From Alphaproteobacteria bacterium (GTDB lineage: Bacteria > Pseudomonadota > Alphaproteobacteria > UBA11073): a stretch of 58,518 bases of DNA. Made by a program: the position numbers and the translations under genes. Where the stretch lies: assembly GCA_013289145.1 (NCBI GenBank), contig JABDAM010000006.1, positions 1 to 58,518 on the forward strand, written 5' to 3'. The notes beneath the pieces were generated by a model. It did no database searches and was not told the origin of the DNA. It saw only the letters and a program-made list of their open reading frames with translations. Within the stretch, counting starts at the first letter, position 1, and each line of letters begins with the position of its first letter. This document shows positions 16,382-24,936 of this stretch, in pieces.

Positions 16382-18370
16382 ATGAATTCTTACGATGTCA
16401 TCGTCATCGGTGGCGGTCACGCAGGTACTGAGGCCGCTGCTGCTTCCGCGCGTATCGGCGCACGCACGCTACTGATCACGCATAAACGCGAGACTATCGG
16501 CGTCATGTCCTGCAACCCCGCCATCGGCGGTTTGGGTAAAGGCCATTTGGTGCGCGAAATCGATGCGCTCGACGGCATCATGGCGCGCGCGATTGACCAG
16601 TCCGGCATCCAGTTCCGCATGCTAAATGCCAGTAAAGGCGCGGCGGTGCGCGGCCCGCGCGCCCAAGCGGACCGCAAGCTCTACCGACAGGCGGTGCAGG
16701 ATATTCTATTCAATTACCCCAATCTAACAATCATTGAAGGCGCGGTTGAGGATTTGATCATCGCTCCTAATTGTCACCCCGGGCCATCGGCGCGCAAGCG
16801 CCGCATGATTGTCCCGTGGTCCGCCGAGACGCTTGAGCACTGTTTCAAAACCGAAAACACTTTTCTCGCGGAACCACAGACCCCGGGACAAGCCCGGGGT
16901 GACAGTGCGGGAATGCGTTGCGGGGGTATCATCCTCGCTGATGGCACGGAAATCCGCGCAGGTGCCGTTGTTTTAACAACCGGAACTTTCCTTAACGGCC
17001 TCATCCACCGCGGCAAAGAAACCATCCCCGCCGGCCGTGTCGGCGACGCGCCCGCGCTGAAACTCTCAGACCGCCTTGCCGCGCTGAACCTCAACCTCGG
17101 CCGCCTCAAAACCGGCACCCCGCCGCGCCTGGATGGCCGCACGATTGATTGGTCCGTCTGCATTGAACAACCCGGCGATGAAACGCCTATCCCTTTTTCA
17201 TATCTGAATTCTCGCATCTCCGTCCCCCAGATTCCTTGCCATATCACGCATACTACGCTCGCCACTCACCAGATCATCCAAGATAACCTCCACCAATCCG
17301 CCATGTATTCCGGCCAGATCTCCGGCACGGGTCCGCGTTATTGTCCCTCGATCGAAGACAAAATCGTCCGTTTCGCCGACAAAAGCCGCCACCAAATCTT
17401 CCTTGAACCCGAAGGCCTGGATGATCCCACGATTTACCCCAACGGCATTTCCACTTCCCTGCCTACGGACGTTCAAGACCAGATCCTAAAATCTATTCCC
17501 GGCCTAGAAAACGCAATTATATTCCAATATGCCTATGCAATTGAATATGATTATGTTGATCCAAGGGAATTATATTCCACATTAGAAACCAAAAAACTCC
17601 CCGGCCTATATTTGGCTGGCCAGATCAACGGCACCACCGGCTATGAAGAGGCCGGCGCCCAAGGCCTCCTCGCCGGCGCCAACGCCGCCCTGTCCTTGTC
17701 CGGCAAACTCAGCCTAACCATCGGCCGCGACCAAGGCTACATGGGCGTCCTGGTCGACGACCTCATCACCCGCGGCGCGACCGAGCCCTACCGCATGTTT
17801 ACCAGCCGCGCTGAATACCGCCTGAACCTCCGGGCCGATAACGCCGACCAGCGCCTTACCTCCCTGGCTGTCACCCTAGGTCTGGCCGGGCCCGACCGAG
17901 CCGCCGCCTGGGAGGCCAAGTCCACCCTCCTGAATAGCGCTCGTGAAACCTGTTCCAAACTTTCCGCTACCCCAGCCGCCCTGGGAAAAGCCGGTCTGGC
18001 CGTTAACCAAGACGGCATCCGCCGCTCCGTCTTTGACCTCCTGCGCTACCCTGATATCACCTGGGACCGCCTCACCACCATCTGGCCGGAACTGGCTGTC
18101 ATAAATGCCGCCAGTCGCGAACAAATCGAAATCGACGCCCACTATTCCGGCTACCTTGACCGCCAGGAAGCCGACATCCTAGCCTACCGCCGTGACGAAG
18201 CTCTGTCCCTTCCCACCAACCTGGACTACGCCGCTATCGGCAGCCTGTCCCGTGAAATTCAAGACAAACTCTCCACCGCCCGCCCCGAAACCCTAGGCGC
18301 GGCCGCCCGTATCCAAGGCGTCACCCCCGCCGCCGTCACCGCCCTCCTGCGCCATGTCCGTAAAAGATAG
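16382..18370 (+). CDS. mnmG: tRNA uridine 5-carboxymethylaminomethyl modification enzyme MnmG (GidA), carrying an in-frame insertion
   Basis: 662 aa. [40 protein letters not shown] and [17 protein letters not shown]. It is about 44-48 aa longer than expected in the VEDLI...[10 protein letters not shown] loop. Confidence 0.95.
   Translation: MNSYDVIVIGGGHAGTEAAAASARIGARTLLITHKRETIGVMSCNPAIGGLGKGHLVREIDALDGIMARAIDQSGIQFRMLNASKGAAVRGPRAQADRKLYRQAVQDILFNYPNLTIIEGAVEDLIIAPNCHPGPSARKRRMIVPWSAETLEHCFKTENTFLAEPQTPGQARGDSAGMRCGGIILADGTEIRAGAVVLTTGTFLNGLIHRGKETIPAGRVGDAPALKLSDRLAALNLNLGRLKTGTPPRLDGRTIDWSVCIEQPGDETPIPFSYLNSRISVPQIPCHITHTTLATHQIIQDNLHQSAMYSGQISGTGPRYCPSIEDKIVRFADKSRHQIFLEPEGLDDPTIYPNGISTSLPTDVQDQILKSIPGLENAIIFQYAYAIEYDYVDPRELYSTLETKKLPGLYLAGQINGTTGYEEAGAQGLLAGANAALSLSGKLSLTIGRDQGYMGVLVDDLITRGATEPYRMFTSRAEYRLNLRADNADQRLTSLAVTLGLAGPDRAAAWEAKSTLLNSARETCSKLSATPAALGKAGLAVNQDGIRRSVFDLLRYPDITWDRLTTIWPELAVINAASREQIEIDAHYSGYLDRQEADILAYRRDEALSLPTNLDYAAIGSLSREIQDKLSTARPETLGAAARIQGVTPAAVTALLRHVRKR
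16772..16904. mobile_element. 133-bp element bounded by inverted repeats, lying in frame inside mnmG (MITE/RPE-like)
   Basis: Perfect 13-bp terminal inverted repeats TGTCACCCCGGGC (16772..16784) and GCCCGGGGTGACA (16892..16904). A nested hairpin CCCCGGG-ACAAG-CCCGGGG lies at 16881..16899. The element encodes the extra peptide [43 protein letters not shown]. Confidence 0.65.
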
Positions 18371-18995
18371 TCCAGACGCGAATGTTTCACGTGAAACACT
18401 CGCCCTCTACGAACAAATCCTGAAAGACTGGCAAAGCCGGATTAACCTGGTGTCTGCATCCACCCTATCAGACCTCTGTAACCGCCATTTCCTGGACAGC
18501 CTCCAACTCGTTCCCGTTATCCAATCCATAACGCCTGCCCCGGCGCAGGCCGGGGTTTCATTTGAAACAATCCTGACCGACCTGGGTTCTGGGGCTGGAT
18601 TTCCTGGGATGGTCCTAGCGCTATCTGGTATTCCCAATGTCCACCTCATCGAATCCGACCAGCGTAAATGCGCTTTCCTGAGAGAAATTTCTAGAACCTG
18701 TTTCGATGTTTCACGTGAAACATTCCGTCCCACCATTCATAACGACCGGATCGAGAAATTAAATCTGAAAGCCGATATTATCACCTCTCGCGCTTTTGCT
18801 GATTTGAACAAAACCTTGGAAATCTCGGAAAATCTGCGTCATCCTGATACCCTATACCTCCTCCTAAAACCCCTGGACCTGCAAAAAGAATTGACAGAAG
18901 CCGCGCAAAACTGGTATTTTGACCACGAAATCATCCCTTCTATATCCGACGTCCGGGGTTGTATTCTGAAAATTTCCCGCGTAAATAAAAAGTAG
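18354..18995 (+). CDS. rsmG: 16S rRNA (guanine527-N7)-methyltransferase RsmG (GidB)
   Basis: 213 aa. VSRETL N-terminus, the SAM motif [10 protein letters not shown] and the position between mnmG and parA. Confidence 0.9.
   Translation: MSVKDSPDANVSRETLALYEQILKDWQSRINLVSASTLSDLCNRHFLDSLQLVPVIQSITPAPAQAGVSFETILTDLGSGAGFPGMVLALSGIPNVHLIESDQRKCAFLREISRTCFDVSRETFRPTIHNDRIEKLNLKADIITSRAFADLNKTLEISENLRHPDTLYLLLKPLDLQKELTEAAQNWYFDHEIIPSISDVRGCILKISRVNKK
18383..18398. other. parS centromere-like site 1 (TGTTTCACGTGAAACA)
   Basis: Perfect 16-bp palindrome identical to the parS consensus. It lies inside the 5' end of rsmG, where it encodes VSRET, about 600 bp upstream of parA. Confidence 0.85.
18707..18722. 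other. parS centromere-like site 2 (TGTTTCACGTGAAACA)
   Basis: A second perfect copy of the same 16-mer inside rsmG, again read as VSRET. Confidence 0.85.
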
Positions 18996-19003
18996 GAGCT
19001 ACA

Positions 19004-19789
19004 ATGCCTGCCAAAATAATAGCCATCGCCAACCAAAAGGGCGGCGTGGGCAAGACCACCACCACCGTCAACCTGGCCACCGCCCTGGCGGCTATATATA
19101 AGAAGGTATTGGTCGTAGACCTGGACCCGCAAGGCAATGCCTCCACCGGCTTAGGAATTCCCTCAGCTGCGCGGACTAAAGGCGTTTATGAACTGATCTT
19201 CGACGGCCTGGCTGTATCCGACACCATCGTTAAAACAGAAGTCCCCGGCCTGGACCTGATCCCCGCCACCATGGACTTGTCCGGCGCTGAGATCGAACTG
19301 GTCGGAATAGATGAACGGGAGTTCAAATTAAAGTCCGCTTTCCGCGCCGCCACTGAATATGATTATATTCTTATCGACTGCCCGCCGTCGCTAGGCCTGC
19401 TCACGCTGAATGCCCTGGTCGCCGCGCACTCCGTCCTCGTGCCATTGCAATGCGAGTTCTACGCGCTCGAAGGTTTATCACACCTCTCGCGCACCATCGA
19501 ACGCACGCGCCGCGCGCTGAATCCAAACCTGCATTTCGAAGGCATCGTTTTGACGATGTACGATAAGCGCAATTCCCTCTCGAACGGCGTCGCCGCCGAC
19601 GTGCGCGCCCACTTCCCCGGCATCGTTTACGACACGATGATCCCCCGCAACGTGCGTGTTTCCGAAGCGCCATCACACGGCAAACCCGTGATGATCTACG
19701 ACATGAAATCATCCGGCTCGATCGCCTACATCCAATTGGCGAAAGAATTTTTGGCAAGACAAAACAATACGCCCGCCGAAGCAGCCTGA
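19004..19789 (+). CDS. parA: chromosome partitioning ATPase ParA
   Basis: 261 aa. Deviant Walker A IAIANQKGGVGKTTT, and DLDPQGNAS. Confidence 0.95.
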   Translation: MPAKIIAIANQKGGVGKTTTTVNLATALAAIYKKVLVVDLDPQGNASTGLGIPSAARTKGVYELIFDGLAVSDTIVKTEVPGLDLIPATMDLSGAEIELVGIDEREFKLKSAFRAATEYDYILIDCPPSLGLLTLNALVAAHSVLVPLQCEFYALEGLSHLSRTIERTRRALNPNLHFEGIVLTMYDKRNSLSNGVAADVRAHFPGIVYDTMIPRNVRVSEAPSHGKPVMIYDMKSSGSIAYIQLAKEFLARQNNTPAEAA

Positions 19790-19795
19790 TAATCC

Positions 19796-20584
19796 ATGAA
19801 AGTTTTGATTAGCCCAATCAATGTTGCAGAAGCCGTCATTGCGCATGATTGCGGCACGGATATTATCGATATCAAAAATATCGATGCCAAAGTGACGGTG
19901 AATGGTGTAGCTGGCGGCTCGCTTGGCGCCAGCACAGCGGAAATTATTCGCGAAGTCATTACAACGATCAGCGATCCCAAGGTAATCTTTAGCGCAACAC
20001 TCGGCGATTTATCCGGCGATGATATTCCCCTTGCCCCTGCGCGCGCGCAAGATTTCATCGGCTGCGGCGTGAACTATATCAAGGTTGGCCTGTGTGATTT
20101 TGAAAATCCCGAACAAGCCACACGATTGATGAAAGCGGTGCGTGCGGTTTGTCCAAAAGAAATCACGCTGGTTGCCGCAGGCTACGCCGATGCCGCGCGC
20201 TTCGGCGGATTAAAACCGAACCAATTAATTAAAATCGCTTATCAATCCGGCGCGGATATGGTGATGCTGGATACTTTTGTTAAAGATGGAAAAACTTTAT
20301 TGCACGCCTTATCACCCAATGAATTATTCGGATTTACGAAAGCCGCGCATGATTGCAGGCTTGGTGTCGCCCTGGCTGGCTCAATTGGTATAGATGATTT
20401 TCCAATACTGCATGTCGTAGGCGCGGATGTTGTTGGTTTGCGCGGCGCGGTATGTGATCAGCATGATCGCACGACCATGATTAATCCCGATAAAGCCAAA
20501 GCTTTGATGGCCGCAGCTCGGGCGTTTCAATTTCAACCGGCGCCGTCACAAAGCTTCACCGCAGCCGCGCCGCATGCTTTTTAA
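19796..20584 (+). CDS. MfnB/DUF556-like protein ((5-formylfuran-3-yl)methyl phosphate synthase family)
   Basis: 262 aa. LISPINVAEA..G.DIIDIKN, YIKVGL, VAAGYADA, MLDTFVKDGKTLL, ALAGSI and VGLRGAVC match my recollection of the MfnB (UPF0264) TIM-barrel family. It is on the same strand as parA and parB, 6 nt after parA and 12 nt before parB. Confidence 0.65.
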   Translation: MKVLISPINVAEAVIAHDCGTDIIDIKNIDAKVTVNGVAGGSLGASTAEIIREVITTISDPKVIFSATLGDLSGDDIPLAPARAQDFIGCGVNYIKVGLCDFENPEQATRLMKAVRAVCPKEITLVAAGYADAARFGGLKPNQLIKIAYQSGADMVMLDTFVKDGKTLLHALSPNELFGFTKAAHDCRLGVALAGSIGIDDFPILHVVGADVVGLRGAVCDQHDRTTMINPDKAKALMAAARAFQFQPAPSQSFTAAAPHAF

Positions 20585-20596
20585 TGAGGAGATCCT

Positions 20597-21760
20597 ATGT
20601 CTGCAACGAATACCCCTGAACAAACCGCGGCGGAAAAAGCGGCGATAGGATTGCAACAGGCGATCGCGGATTCGACGCGTGTGATGGTGAAGGCGCATGC
20701 GGTCTTGGCGGCGGAAAAAACCACGGAAAAACCGAGCGCGCCTAAACGCGGGTTGGGGCGGGGGCTGGATGCCCTGTTCGCGGATGGCGAACAAGGGCGG
20801 GAGGCAAGAAGCGAGAAGCGAGAAAGTGAAATTGTGAATGCAGCGGTTGTGAAGCAAGAGGCGGGATCTCACGCCTTGCCTCTCGCTTCACAATCTCCGC
20901 GCACGCTGCCCATCACCGCGCTCATCCCCACGCCGTTTCAGCCGCGGAAAACTTTTGGCGCGGAGGATATGGAATCTTTGGTGCAATCCATTCATATGCA
21001 TGGGATTTTACAGCCGTTGCTCGTGCGTGCAGCCCCGGGTCAGCCGGATAAATATGAAATCATCGCGGGCGAGCGGCGTTGGCGGGCGGCGCAGCAGGCG
21101 CGGTTGCATAATGTCCCGGTCATTATCAAAACTTTGGATGACCGCCAGGCATTGGAACTCGCGCTGATTGAAAATATTCAGCGCGCGGATCTGACGCCGA
21201 TTGAAGAGGCCGAAGGCTATCAGCGCTTGATCGAAGAATTCGGCCACACGCAAGATGCGCTGGCGAAAGTCGTCGGGAAATCGCGCAGTCATATGACGAA
21301 TACGTTGCGTCTGCTGCAATTGCCCGCGGGCGTGCGCGAGATGGTGGGGCGCGGCGAATTGTCTGCGGGCCATGCGCGCGCGCTGGTCGGCCGCGCGGAC
21401 GCCCAAGAAGTCGCGGACATGGCGGCGCGCAAAAAATGGTCGGTGCGCGACATGGAAAAATTCACGCGCAAGCAAAAACAGCCGGTGGATTTCGCGCGCA
21501 TGTCGATCCAGGAACTCAACGCGCGGCGTCATGCCAAGAATGATAAAGATAATCCCTTTGGGCCTTTTCCGGGCATCGATCACGCCATGCCCAAAAGTCC
21601 GGATGTGGCGGCGCTGGAGGATGAAATGTCCTCGCTGCTGGGGCTGCGGGTGGAAATCCATTCCATGGCCGATGCCTCTGGTGTGCTGGGCGTGCATTTT
21701 TCCTCGCTCGATCAACTGGATGATTTGCTGCAAAAACTGACGCGGGCGAGCAGGGGATAA
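20597..21760 (+). CDS. parB: chromosome partitioning protein ParB (long form)
   Basis: 387 aa. RGLGRGLDALF, GILQPLLVR, IIAGERRWRAA and the HTH region. The N-terminal linker contains a Rep-B copy. An SD (GAGGAG) lies upstream. Confidence 0.93.
   Translation: MSATNTPEQTAAEKAAIGLQQAIADSTRVMVKAHAVLAAEKTTEKPSAPKRGLGRGLDALFADGEQGREARSEKRESEIVNAAVVKQEAGSHALPLASQSPRTLPITALIPTPFQPRKTFGAEDMESLVQSIHMHGILQPLLVRAAPGQPDKYEIIAGERRWRAAQQARLHNVPVIIKTLDDRQALELALIENIQRADLTPIEEAEGYQRLIEEFGHTQDALAKVVGKSRSHMTNTLRLLQLPAGVREMVGRGELSAGHARALVGRADAQEVADMAARKKWSVRDMEKFTRKQKQPVDFARMSIQELNARRHAKNDKDNPFGPFPGIDHAMPKSPDVAALEDEMSSLLGLRVEIHSMADASGVLGVHFSSLDQLDDLLQKLTRASRG
20801..20895. repeat. Rep-B GCGAGA-type element inside the parB linker region
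   Basis: GAGGCAAGAAGCGAGAAGCGAGAAAGTGAA is followed by the imperfect hairpin TTGTGAAGCAAGAGGCG-GGATCTCA-CGCCTTGCCTCTCGCTTCACAA. It is read in frame as EARSEKRESEIV...HALPLASQS. Confidence 0.6.
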
Positions 21761-21864
21761 ATGTTATTCCCTTGCAAGTAATTTTTTGCTTGCTTCCGGG
21801 GCCGGGGTTGGGACAGAATTCGTTCTCTGTGCCGACAATCTATTCATATTAAAAGGAAACAAAT

Positions 21865-22452
21865 ATGGCTTCGACTTCTTTGCCTTCAAACTTGCAAATC
21901 CACGTTCGCGACCTTGTCCCCGATATGATCAGACTGTTGGATGCGGTTTATCCCACGCATTCTGCGATAGATGCCGCCATCAGAAGGGAACTGCACAGTG
22001 AGCAGGCGGATATTTTTACCCTCGCGCGCGGTTGGGTGATCGCGAAAAAGAATTTTCATGATTTTCGCGAGAATATGCATTCAAAGGAAATTGAAAGTTT
22101 TAGCGCAGATCTGGCTTCTTTGTTCTCGGAAATAAACTATGGGCTCCAATGCGCGGGCGCAAGCCAGGTGACAAAGCTTATGCAGGATGCAAACCCGGAA
22201 AAGGTCAGCGATCCCGTGATCTATGGCATGAGGACTTTTTATCAAAGCCGGTCTTGGCCCGAAGGGGCGCGCGAGCATTCTTTGACGGAGACGTTGGGCA
22301 GTGTCATGGCTTGGGATATCAATCCCGTTGATTTTGGCAAGCTTTTGGGAATTCCAGAGGAAAAAAGTTCTGAAGTTGCAGCAATCATTACTTCTCGTCC
22401 GCCGCCGCCTCAGAAAAAGCGAAAAGAGTGGGGCGGTTGCGTTCTGCCTTAA
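21865..22452 (+). CDS. hypothetical protein
   Basis: 195-aa ORF with an SD-like AAAGGAAAC upstream. No family recognised. Pro/Lys-rich C-terminal tail. Confidence 0.5.
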   Translation: MASTSLPSNLQIHVRDLVPDMIRLLDAVYPTHSAIDAAIRRELHSEQADIFTLARGWVIAKKNFHDFRENMHSKEIESFSADLASLFSEINYGLQCAGASQVTKLMQDANPEKVSDPVIYGMRTFYQSRSWPEGAREHSLTETLGSVMAWDINPVDFGKLLGIPEEKSSEVAAIITSRPPPPQKKRKEWGGCVLP

Positions 22453-22477
22453 TGCGTTTCCGGCACGGGGAATTCGC

Positions 22478-23596
22478 ATGAAACGCTTCGCCGCTATCGC
22501 AGCAGTAAGTCTTGCCGGCGCAAACGTCCTGTTCGCGCAAGGACAATCCAAAAGCGCGCCCATCAGAAACCTTTCCGCGCAGGCCTCAGCGCGTCAGGCT
22601 TCGGATTCCTGGCGGGAGGCTTGCTGGAAAGCGCAAAACCAGAAATTATCCGCGGCGGAATTGCTGGGCACGATAGAAACCGTGATGAAAATCCCCTCGC
22701 ACGGCCCCTGCTGGTTCGCGCGCGCCACCGCGCCGCAACAAATTCAATTCATCCGTTCCTGCCTGTTCAAACAGTTTCAAGTTTTGCTGAAGAATAAAGA
22801 TACCGGCACCAAAGAAAGCCTCAAATCCGCCGGCATGATGCTGGCGCAGGGCATTCACGATCATTTCCATGCGCCGCAAAACTATCTACGCTGGACCAAT
22901 CAAGCGGACTGGAATTTCAAGGCAGCTTTGGCCGGGATGCCAGAATATAAAAACATGACCGATCGGCTCTACGCCAAGGGATCGGAAACGCTCCATTTGA
23001 AAGAGCTGGGCAAAATCGCGGAGCTTTATTTTTTAACCCATCACATGGAAAACGCCGATCTTTTGATTCACGCGCAAGATTCCAACAACTTAAACATGGG
23101 CGAAACCGACAAGTATGAAAATCTTTTTATCCTATCCTTCCATCCTGATCTGATTAAAACCAATCCGGCAACTTCTTCGTCTCAGATATTTGAAAGCAAG
23201 AATCATATTTGGGATGAAGCATTGGCGACGGGAAGCCATGAATTACGGCATGCTTCTCAAGCCTATCTCGATTCTGCGCAAACCGATCCTGATACGCCGA
23301 AAACCAGCATTTTCCGGTCGCCTGAATTCGGTTTGATGGCAAAACTTTATGATGGGAAAAGCTACAAAATTTGGGCCAAGATTTTAAATTTATGGCCGCT
23401 GGAGGATAAGGTGGGATTTAAGTTTTATAAGCTCATCCCGCATGAAAAAGACGCTTTTGAACATGAAATTATGGCGCGTGATTTAAAAGACGACAGCCTT
23501 GTGATCCACATGGCAAAGAGATCGCCGCCTACTTCCCGATACAAAAATCCGCAAAAATCCGGTCGAGCAAATCCTCCACATCCACACGGCCCGTGA
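22478..23596 (+). CDS. secreted hypothetical protein with HExxH motif (putative zinc metallopeptidase-like)
   Basis: I use the internal start MKRFAAIAAVSLAGANVLFAQG (signal peptide). The motif SHELRHA has further His/Glu residues (IPHEKDAFEHE) about 60 aa downstream. The 3' end overlaps the convergent mnmE by about 68 nt, so the exact stop and tail are uncertain. Confidence 0.5.
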   Translation: MKRFAAIAAVSLAGANVLFAQGQSKSAPIRNLSAQASARQASDSWREACWKAQNQKLSAAELLGTIETVMKIPSHGPCWFARATAPQQIQFIRSCLFKQFQVLLKNKDTGTKESLKSAGMMLAQGIHDHFHAPQNYLRWTNQADWNFKAALAGMPEYKNMTDRLYAKGSETLHLKELGKIAELYFLTHHMENADLLIHAQDSNNLNMGETDKYENLFILSFHPDLIKTNPATSSSQIFESKNHIWDEALATGSHELRHASQAYLDSAQTDPDTPKTSIFRSPEFGLMAKLYDGKSYKIWAKILNLWPLEDKVGFKFYKLIPHEKDAFEHEIMARDLKDDSLVIHMAKRSPPTSRYKNPQKSGRANPPHPHGP

Positions 23597-24860
23597 TCCG
23601 GCCCAGGGCGCGCAGGGCAAGGCGCAGGTCTTCGGCGCGGAGTTCAGGCAGATTCGCAGTGGCAGCGCGTTGCAAAGCAGCAAGAGATTCTTCCAGCGCC
23701 GCGCGGTGTCGTGCTCGCGTCAGGCTGGGCGTTTCGCGGCTTTGATAAAAGATTTTTTCCAAGCGTGTTTTGATGGCGGCGAGGAGTTCGGGGATGCCGG
23801 CGGCGGTGTGAGCCGATAGAAACGAGAGGCGAGAGGCAAGGGGCGGGAAATTTTCATCTCGCTTCTGATCACATTTTGTCACAACCACAATCGCATTTTC
23901 GTCGATTAAATCGCGCGTGGCTTTATCAGGTTCCGCGCCGCTGTCGAACAAACATAATTTCAAATCCGCATGCTCGGCGCGGGCGCGGGCGCGGCGGATG
24001 CCTTCGGATTCAATGGCGTCGGTGGTTTCGCGCAGACCGGCGGTGTCCAGCAATGTTACGGGCCAGCCGCCCAGATCCAAATGCACTTCCAAAACATCGC
24101 GCGTTGTGCCCGCGATATCGGTGACGATGGCCACGTCGCGCTGCGCCAGCGCATTCAGCAGCGTCGATTTCCCCGCATTGGGCGCGCCGACAATGGCGAT
24201 GGTGACGCCGTCACGCAGCCGCTCGCCGCGGTGATTGTCGGACAGGTGGTTTTGCAATTCGGCGATTAATTGTTCGATCTGTGCTTGCTGCGCGGCGATA
24301 ATATCAGGCGGCAGATCTTCATCGGCGAAATCAATGTCGGCTTCGGCGTGGGCGAGCAGGGCGGCGAGGCGGTCCGCCCAGCCGTGATACAAATCCCGCA
24401 GGGTGCCTGAGAGTTGCGAGAGCGCCTGGGTGCGCTGCTGCACGGTTTCGGCGTGGATCAGGTCGGCAATGGCCTCGGCCTGGGTCAGATCCATTTTGTT
24501 GTTTTCAAAGGCGCGGCGCGTGAATTCGCCGGGCTCAGCCAAGCGCAGGCCGGGCATCTTGCCGAGCGCCGTTAACAGTCCTTGCGTTGTCGCCCGCCCG
24601 CCGTGGAGGGTGAGTTCCATCACGTCTTCGCCGGTAAAGGAGTTGGGCGCGGGAAAATAAATCGCGATGCCGTCGTCGATCGCCGCGCCGGTTTCAGGGT
24701 CGCGCAACATCACGCGCACGGCCTGGCGCGGCAGGAAATCCGTTTTTTGTGATAGCTTTTGCCCCGCCGCCTGCGCCGCCGGGCCGGATAGGCGCACCAC
24801 CGCCAGCGCACCCACCCCGGGCGGCGTTGAAAGGGCGAAGATGGTGTGAATTGAAGTCAT
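23529..24860 (-). CDS. mnmE: tRNA modification GTPase MnmE (TrmE)
   Basis: 443 aa. G1 motif GAPNAGKSTLLN, DTAGLRE, and the C-terminal FCIGK tetrapeptide. Confidence 0.95.
   Translation of the reverse strand: MTSIHTIFALSTPPGVGALAVVRLSGPAAQAAGQKLSQKTDFLPRQAVRVMLRDPETGAAIDDGIAIYFPAPNSFTGEDVMELTLHGGRATTQGLLTALGKMPGLRLAEPGEFTRRAFENNKMDLTQAEAIADLIHAETVQQRTQALSQLSGTLRDLYHGWADRLAALLAHAEADIDFADEDLPPDIIAAQQAQIEQLIAELQNHLSDNHRGERLRDGVTIAIVGAPNAGKSTLLNALAQRDVAIVTDIAGTTRDVLEVHLDLGGWPVTLLDTAGLRETTDAIESEGIRRARARAEHADLKLCLFDSGAEPDKATRDLIDENAIVVVTKCDQKRDENFPPLASRLSFLSAHTAAGIPELLAAIKTRLEKIFYQSRETPSLTRARHRAALEESLAALQRAATANLPELRAEDLRLALRALGRITGRVDVEDLLDRIFADFCIGK
23823..23868. repeat. Rep-B GCGAGA-type element inside mnmE
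   Basis: CGAGAGGCGAGAGGCAAGGGGCGGGAAATTTTCATCTCGCTTCTG. Its reverse complement contains GCGAGATGAAAATTTCCCGC, matching 36384..36403 (GCGAGATGAAAATTCCCGC) apart from a single indel. It is read in frame as QKRDENFPPLASRLS. Confidence 0.6.
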
Positions 24861-24936
24861 GGGATGACGCAGAATTTCATTTGAATTATGCGGGGATTTA
24901 TGTTTTCATACTAGGGCAATATCGAAGGATATAAAT

